This document shows, one piece after another, positions 7,686 through 12,014 of a stretch of 12,014 nucleotides of DNA. The stretch is from Candidatus Micrarchaeota archaeon. GTDB lineage: Archaea; Micrarchaeota; Micrarchaeia; Anstonellales; Bilamarchaeaceae. Numbering within the stretch: the stretch's first letter is position 1; each line of letters begins with the position of its first letter. The position numbers and the translations under genes were made by a program. The notes under the pieces were generated by a model. That model was not told the origin of the DNA and did not search any database. It worked only from the letters and a program-made list of their open reading frames with translations. The DNA lies in assembly GCA_043816005.1 (NCBI GenBank), contig JBDRIM010000058.1:1-12014 (forward strand), written 5' to 3'.

Positions 7686-7953
7686 GTTGATTAAAGGGGC
7701 TAACGCCCCTTTGGAACCCTATTGCCAAGCAATCAACAAACAAAATAGCCTGACCTACATGAAAACTTAGGCTAATGACGAATTTTTATAGTGAAAACTT
7801 AGTCGATTGCCTAGATGTGGGTTTGGGGATTTATTTCCTTAGGAAACGCAATGTGTGGCTTTGAATAGTTTGCCTCAGGCAGACGAAAGTCATTCTAGCG
7901 GTGCTATTTTTACTTCATAAAAATGCATTAATGGTTCGAAACGAACAATCGAA
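7683..7953. other. ORF-less, hairpin-dense segment (structured RNA/ssDNA or mobile-element remnant)
   Basis: Inverted repeats at 7683-7692/7731-7740 (10 bp), 7693-7700/7705-7712 (8 bp), 7742-7749/7903-7910 (8 bp), 7811-7815/7894-7898, 7834-7839/7841-7846, 7868-7874/7878-7884 (one G-T) and 7934-7938/7942-7946. 11-bp direct repeat TGAAAACTTAG at 7760 and 7792. Confidence 0.55.
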
Positions 7954-7966
7954 CGGTCTGAGTAGT
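7954..7966 (+). repeat. 13-bp direct repeat, copy 3 of the C/D RNA 3' end
   Basis: CGGTCTGAGTAGT matches 6641-6653 and 7670-7682. Confidence 0.85.
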
Positions 7967-8050
7967 AATGAAGTTTTTGGCTAGATATCTCGGTGAATAA
8001 GATCGCGAATAATGTGTAAATCCCACGATGAAGCAAATTGAATGATAAAA

Positions 8051-9565
8051 TCATACATACTTTGCTTCAACATATACTGGTGGCATACCAGTAGTTTGAA
8101 CAATAGAAGCAAAATCACGAATTAGATTAAGTGATTGATCAGCCACATTCACATGCCAAAGTGCAACAGTTCTTATGTATTGTGGAACCCCATTACGGTA
8201 ATCTCTTGCAAAAAACATATCCCCATCACTCATAAAAATAACTGGAGTTGTTGGACTGTGATTTGCAGCAACATCTTGCATGGTTTGATTAAGTGTCCAT
8301 TCTGCAAACCTTGCTGCTTGAGATTGCCCATTTCTATCATACCTAAACCGCCACATAAGATAGAAACTATTGAGTTTGTTTGGATCAACAGTCCCATCTT
8401 CTCTAAGACAAAAAGGGTGGAGTTTGACTCCTGGAATCGTACTTAGTTCCTGCGCAAAATATAATGTACGAGAACCAACAACAGAACGCATGTTTTCTAG
8501 ACGTCCTTGTTCATCCATAAATGCACCGCTATCAGTACGTTGTTGTTTTAGCCAGTTCATTGCTGCAATCTGGGTATGTACATCTACAGTACCCAATGTG
8601 ATTGCATGTGAAACGCCCATATGCTGGAATACCATGTCCTTAAATGAATCTAATTCTCGTACAACCTGTTCTTTGAAACCGGATGAATCAGCAAGTAAAA
8701 AACCAAAACCAAATCTTTTACCACACCAACATTGTGACTTTGAAAAGGTACCAGTAACAAGTTCAATAGCAGTACTCCCAACTTTCATTATTCTTTGAAC
8801 AGGATCGAATTTCGTAGATTGGTCTCTTCTAAATGGCTCGTATGTTGGATCAGTAATCCGATGTAGACGGATATTAAATTTATCATTTAATTCTGTAAGT
8901 ATTATTGTAATGGCATCAAATGTATCCTGGCTCATGGCAGATCCAAGTGGATTTCCAATTGTTGTTCCTACCAAAATATAACGAACATCTCTCCCGTGTT
9001 CTTGAATTGTTTTTTTCATAATTGATTTTAACCTATCTGGATCAATTACTCCGGTTTTTGGATCAAGCGGAACTGTAACTATATCTGCCTCAACATATGC
9101 AGATTCAGCCAGAAATAATGGGTAGGTTAGTTCTGGCACAAACATAATTGCCTTGTGTTTTTTACCACCAGCAACTACCCCCATATATGCACGAACTACT
9201 CCACTTGAACCAGGACCAGTAAAAACAAAAACGTCTTTTTCATCTAAACGATTTGTCTTGACTTCTCCACCAACAATCCTATGACCATAGTAACGTAATT
9301 CTTCTATAAGTTCTGGCATCCCAGTAGATTGAGTATAAGAAGGACTAGTAAGCACTGCGTCTACGAGAGCCGCACGTAAGCGAGCTGGTGGCATAAACCC
9401 AAATTGTGTAGGATCTCCAAGACTAAAATCACAAATGGGAAGTTTTTGGTCTCGTTCCACTAGTAAACGCTTTGCAAAAACATTAGCACGGGTTTTAACT
9501 GGTGTAACATCCGATAACCGCAAGCTATGGTCTTGTAATTCTTGAAATCTGCCTGGTTTAGCCAT
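8051..9565 (-). CDS. PLP-dependent aminotransferase class I/II-like enzyme (divergent)
   Basis: DFSLGDP, YTQSTGMPEL, PELTYP, GNPLG, DPTY (DxxY) and TFSKSQCWCGKRFG (Schiff-base Lys and GxRxG). ATG 9565 with upstream AAGGCGAG preferred over 9622. Confidence 0.82.
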   Translation of the reverse strand: MAKPGRFQELQDHSLRLSDVTPVKTRANVFAKRLLVERDQKLPICDFSLGDPTQFGFMPPARLRAALVDAVLTSPSYTQSTGMPELIEELRYYGHRIVGGEVKTNRLDEKDVFVFTGPGSSGVVRAYMGVVAGGKKHKAIMFVPELTYPLFLAESAYVEADIVTVPLDPKTGVIDPDRLKSIMKKTIQEHGRDVRYILVGTTIGNPLGSAMSQDTFDAITIILTELNDKFNIRLHRITDPTYEPFRRDQSTKFDPVQRIMKVGSTAIELVTGTFSKSQCWCGKRFGFGFLLADSSGFKEQVVRELDSFKDMVFQHMGVSHAITLGTVDVHTQIAAMNWLKQQRTDSGAFMDEQGRLENMRSVVGSRTLYFAQELSTIPGVKLHPFCLREDGTVDPNKLNSFYLMWRFRYDRNGQSQAARFAEWTLNQTMQDVAANHSPTTPVIFMSDGDMFFARDYRNGVPQYIRTVALWHVNVADQSLNLIRDFASIVQTTGMPPVYVEAKYV

Positions 9566-9695
9566 AATTCTCGCCTTAAAAGTAGAATTACATTTGCTTA
9601 CAAACAATTTATATACATACAACCGGTTTCTACGACATATGGCGTAACTGAATAGGCCCTACACAGGACATATCACTAGAAAACTTAGAATTGAT

Positions 9696-10928
9696 TCACA
9701 CATCGTTCATAGTCCCCATAAATAATATGCTTCCAGTCTGCTCATCATATATAGCAAAAAAGAATGGATGATCCACCTTCATGTAAAATGGAGGCTTTGA
9801 TGGAGGATCCGCTGCAGTAGTTCCATCCATGATTACTCCGGTAACAGCTGCTGCTTCAGTCCCTTCCTCATTCGTCTCCACAAATGTTTTGTGTATAACA
9901 GTATCTATCTTAAGCGGTGTAGAAGACATAGGACTGAAATCTGCAGAGTCTGAAAATGCGACCCCCATACCAAAATTTTGTAGAGGTTCATTAAGTGTTG
10001 TCGAATAAGTAGTTTTGAAGCGAGGTAGTAGGATTGTGCCCCCATCTTGCTCAAATTGTGAACGCCACTGCCCCCATTTCACTGAGTCAATATCCTGTAC
10101 GAAATCTTCGATTTTTTGGTTTGAGAGTATAGAGATTTTCGGAAGGAAAACAAACATACTAAGGTTATCGCTGTAAGGCAACTCTATTGCCTGGAACTTG
10201 TCATTTTCTAGATAGTTATATTCCCCAGATTGTTCCATCATAGGAACACTACTAACAGAACCATCACCGGCAGTAAAATTTTTATCATGGGTTGCATCCA
10301 CATTAAATGGTTTTTTCCATTTGCCCTTGAAATAAACTGCGTTAACAAGAATGGCTTTGTAATTATTCAGAGGCGGATCGATAATAGAGGTTATCTTATT
10401 ATGAGTTTTATCACTTACCCAACTGTTGATAGTATCAGCTGATGTAGGTAGATTAAAATCAAGTGTGGAAACACGTGCATCCAAATACTGTTCCATGTTG
10501 GTTTTATAGTCGGGATTTAGTTGTAAATCATTATTGAGCCAAATCGAATTGGCAACTGATAGTTCAACATTCTGCCTGGTGGAAAGTGATTGTATTAGAT
10601 AGTTGCTGTCATTATCTATAGTGTCTTGGCTAAGATTCTGAAACTCAAGAGTATTTGCAATTCCATCTTTAGTTGAACCAACACTGCCATCATAAACCAT
10701 TGTCAATGCCAATGAAATGCTGGTTGGTGATATAAACACATTTTTACCGCTGTCTTTTTTGGTAAGTTCGTGAAGCATTTTAAATCCAAGTTCATTATGT
10801 GCATCTGTCAACGTGTTCACAGATTTATAGGGGGGTGCTGGAACAGGAGGTTGTGGAATAATACAACCTATGAGAAGAATGAATAATATCAACGAAACCA
10901 AAATAAGATGAGGGATTCTTTGTATCAT
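9696..10928 (-). CDS. Serpin (serine protease inhibitor) with lipoprotein-type signal peptide
   Basis: NVFISPTSI, INSWVSDKT, NAVYFKGKW, hinge EEGTEAAAVT and signature VDHPFFFAI...ILFMG. The hydrophobic N-terminus ends in LIGC. ATG 10928 preferred over TTG 10949. Confidence 0.95.
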   Translation of the reverse strand: MIQRIPHLILVSLILFILLIGCIIPQPPVPAPPYKSVNTLTDAHNELGFKMLHELTKKDSGKNVFISPTSISLALTMVYDGSVGSTKDGIANTLEFQNLSQDTIDNDSNYLIQSLSTRQNVELSVANSIWLNNDLQLNPDYKTNMEQYLDARVSTLDFNLPTSADTINSWVSDKTHNKITSIIDPPLNNYKAILVNAVYFKGKWKKPFNVDATHDKNFTAGDGSVSSVPMMEQSGEYNYLENDKFQAIELPYSDNLSMFVFLPKISILSNQKIEDFVQDIDSVKWGQWRSQFEQDGGTILLPRFKTTYSTTLNEPLQNFGMGVAFSDSADFSPMSSTPLKIDTVIHKTFVETNEEGTEAAAVTGVIMDGTTAADPPSKPPFYMKVDHPFFFAIYDEQTGSILFMGTMNDV

Positions 10929-11095
10929 AAACTGAGATCTACGGAACAAAAATAAATAGCTATTGTTTTGTTTAGATTAAGATCAAATTAAAGAATTGGT
11001 TGAACTTGTATTTATTTAAAGCATCATTTCTAACACAAACAAAGAAAAAATATTTCATGCGCCTTATTGATGCGTATGTAGAATAACTGCGCTAA

Positions 11096-11494
11096 TTATT
11101 CGGTTGGCTTACCATCATATTCTTCTGGGGATGCCAATGCATCTGCCGTAGTATGTCTAATAACTTTGTCTTGATGTTCTGGTGGCGAATAAATAGTATA
11201 GAGTTTAAGTTCAGCATCATTGGAAGTGTTTAACACGTTGTGATTTGCACCAGCAGGCACAATTACCGCATCACCATCACCAACTTTATGTTTAACATTG
11301 TCGATTACGACTATTCCTTCCCCAGCTTCAAATCTAAAGAACTGATCTAAATGATTATGCACTTCTGCTCCGATCTCTTCTCCTGGTTTAAGACTCATAA
11401 GTACAAGCTGACTGTGTTTTCCAGTATAAAGTACACGCCTGAAATCAGTATTTGTTTTAGTACTCTCTTCAAGATTAGTAATGTATCCTTTCAA
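11096..11494 (-). CDS. Cupin-domain protein (mannose-6-phosphate isomerase-like / Cupin_2)
   Basis: GEEIGAEVH...DQFFRFEAG and VPAGANHNV cupin motifs. Probable TTG start at 11494 (MKGYITN), 5 nt after AGGTGA. Confidence 0.9.
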   Translation of the reverse strand: MKGYITNLEESTKTNTDFRRVLYTGKHSQLVLMSLKPGEEIGAEVHNHLDQFFRFEAGEGIVVIDNVKHKVGDGDAVIVPAGANHNVLNTSNDAELKLYTIYSPPEHQDKVIRHTTADALASPEEYDGKPTE

Positions 11495-11499
11495 TTCAA

Positions 11500-11505
11500 T
11501 CACCT
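11500..11505 (-). promoter_or_regulatory. Shine-Dalgarno AGGTGA for the cupin gene
   Basis: The plus strand reads TCACCT at 11500-11505. It is complementary to the 16S tail UCACCU and correctly spaced from TTG 11494. Confidence 0.6.
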
Positions 11506-11594
11506 TGTTTTGATATGGCATATTAAACATATAAGGATGCCGTCATACGCCGAATTTTCTAAGGTAGTATCAAATTTGAAATAATTAATATGGT

Positions 11595-12014
11595 TTACCA
11601 AATAAATGGAATCAACCTATAACGAGTTTTTTGACAGAATTTTTTATAACCAGCTAAATCACGCAGAAGAATTTTTTCTTCATTAAAAATCCGGTAAACT
11701 AGAAGAGGTATCATTAGTAAGAATATAGGCAAAGCAAAATAGGATCCAAGAGCAATGGGAGTTGCTAAGAACATTAGGATGACTCCCACATACATAGGAT
11801 GTCTTACAATAGAATATAGTCCTGATGTAATGACTTTTTGTCCTTTTTCAACCTCAACTGTGCGTGCCGCATAATGATTTTCTTTAAACACTAGAAAAAT
11901 TAATATGTAGCCAATAATAACAATTACATCCGCAACAAATACAAGTTCAGGCAGCATGTTTGACCAGCCAAAACGATAATCAAAACCAGGAATCAAAAAA
12001 CCAATTAAGAAAAC
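11595..12014 (-). CDS. Isoprenylcysteine carboxyl methyltransferase (ICMT/Ste14/PEMT) family membrane protein, 5'-truncated
   Basis: QKVITSGLYSIVRHPMYVG, RIFNEEKIL and YRLIPFIW are family motifs. The frame stays open to the window edge. Confidence 0.9.
   Translation of the reverse strand, partial: VFLIGFLIPGFDYRFGWSNMLPELVFVADVIVIIGYILIFLVFKENHYAARTVEVEKGQKVITSGLYSIVRHPMYVGVILMFLATPIALGSYFALPIFLLMIPLLVYRIFNEEKILLRDLAGYKKFCQKTRYRLIPFIW

Noticed and set aside
7767..7815. Hammerhead ribozyme (CTAATGA...GAAA)
   Set aside because: The core deviates from CUGANGA and stems II/III cannot be formed convincingly.
6433..7966. TIGR-Tas array (C/D-box-like repeats)
   Set aside because: No regular ~36-nt units, guide sequences are identical rather than variable between copies, and no Nop-domain gene is in the window.
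6344..8050. tRNA, SRP RNA or RNase P RNA in the intergenic regions
   Set aside because: No cloverleaf around the GTTCGAA at 7934, and no SRP domain IV or RNase P GAGGAAAGUCC motifs found on either strand.
8135..11584. Plus-strand ORFs within the aminotransferase, serpin and cupin genes
   Set aside because: Antisense shadows with no independent support.

Overview
AT-rich archaeal-looking window. TATA boxes close to start codons, an AGGTGA Shine-Dalgarno and a zinc-hook Rad50 point to an archaeon; a DPANN/Micrarchaeota-type host is an inference. Protein genes: a 5'-truncated Bud32/RIO-like pseudokinase, an orphan Rad50/SbcC ATPase, a DUF2207 membrane protein, a PrsW-family protease, a class II Fic protein, a divergent class I/II PLP aminotransferase, a lipoprotein serpin, a cupin and a 5'-truncated ICMT-family methyltransferase. 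The main signal is non-coding (6433-7974). It contains a ~134-nt box C/D guide RNA (6521-6654) whose D guide points, by the D+5 rule, at 16S C1402 (E. coli numbering). The RNA has an unusual ~72-nt structured insertion. Its 5' end is duplicated once upstream (27 bp exact) and its 3' end twice downstream (19 and 13 bp exact). The 3' duplications bracket a 1029-bp Fic islet and a 284-bp ORF-less, hairpin-rich islet. The simplest reading is a C/D sRNA gene used, like a tRNA gene, as a repeated integration site. An alternative is extra C/D half-boxes able to close a K-turn around the Fic transcript.
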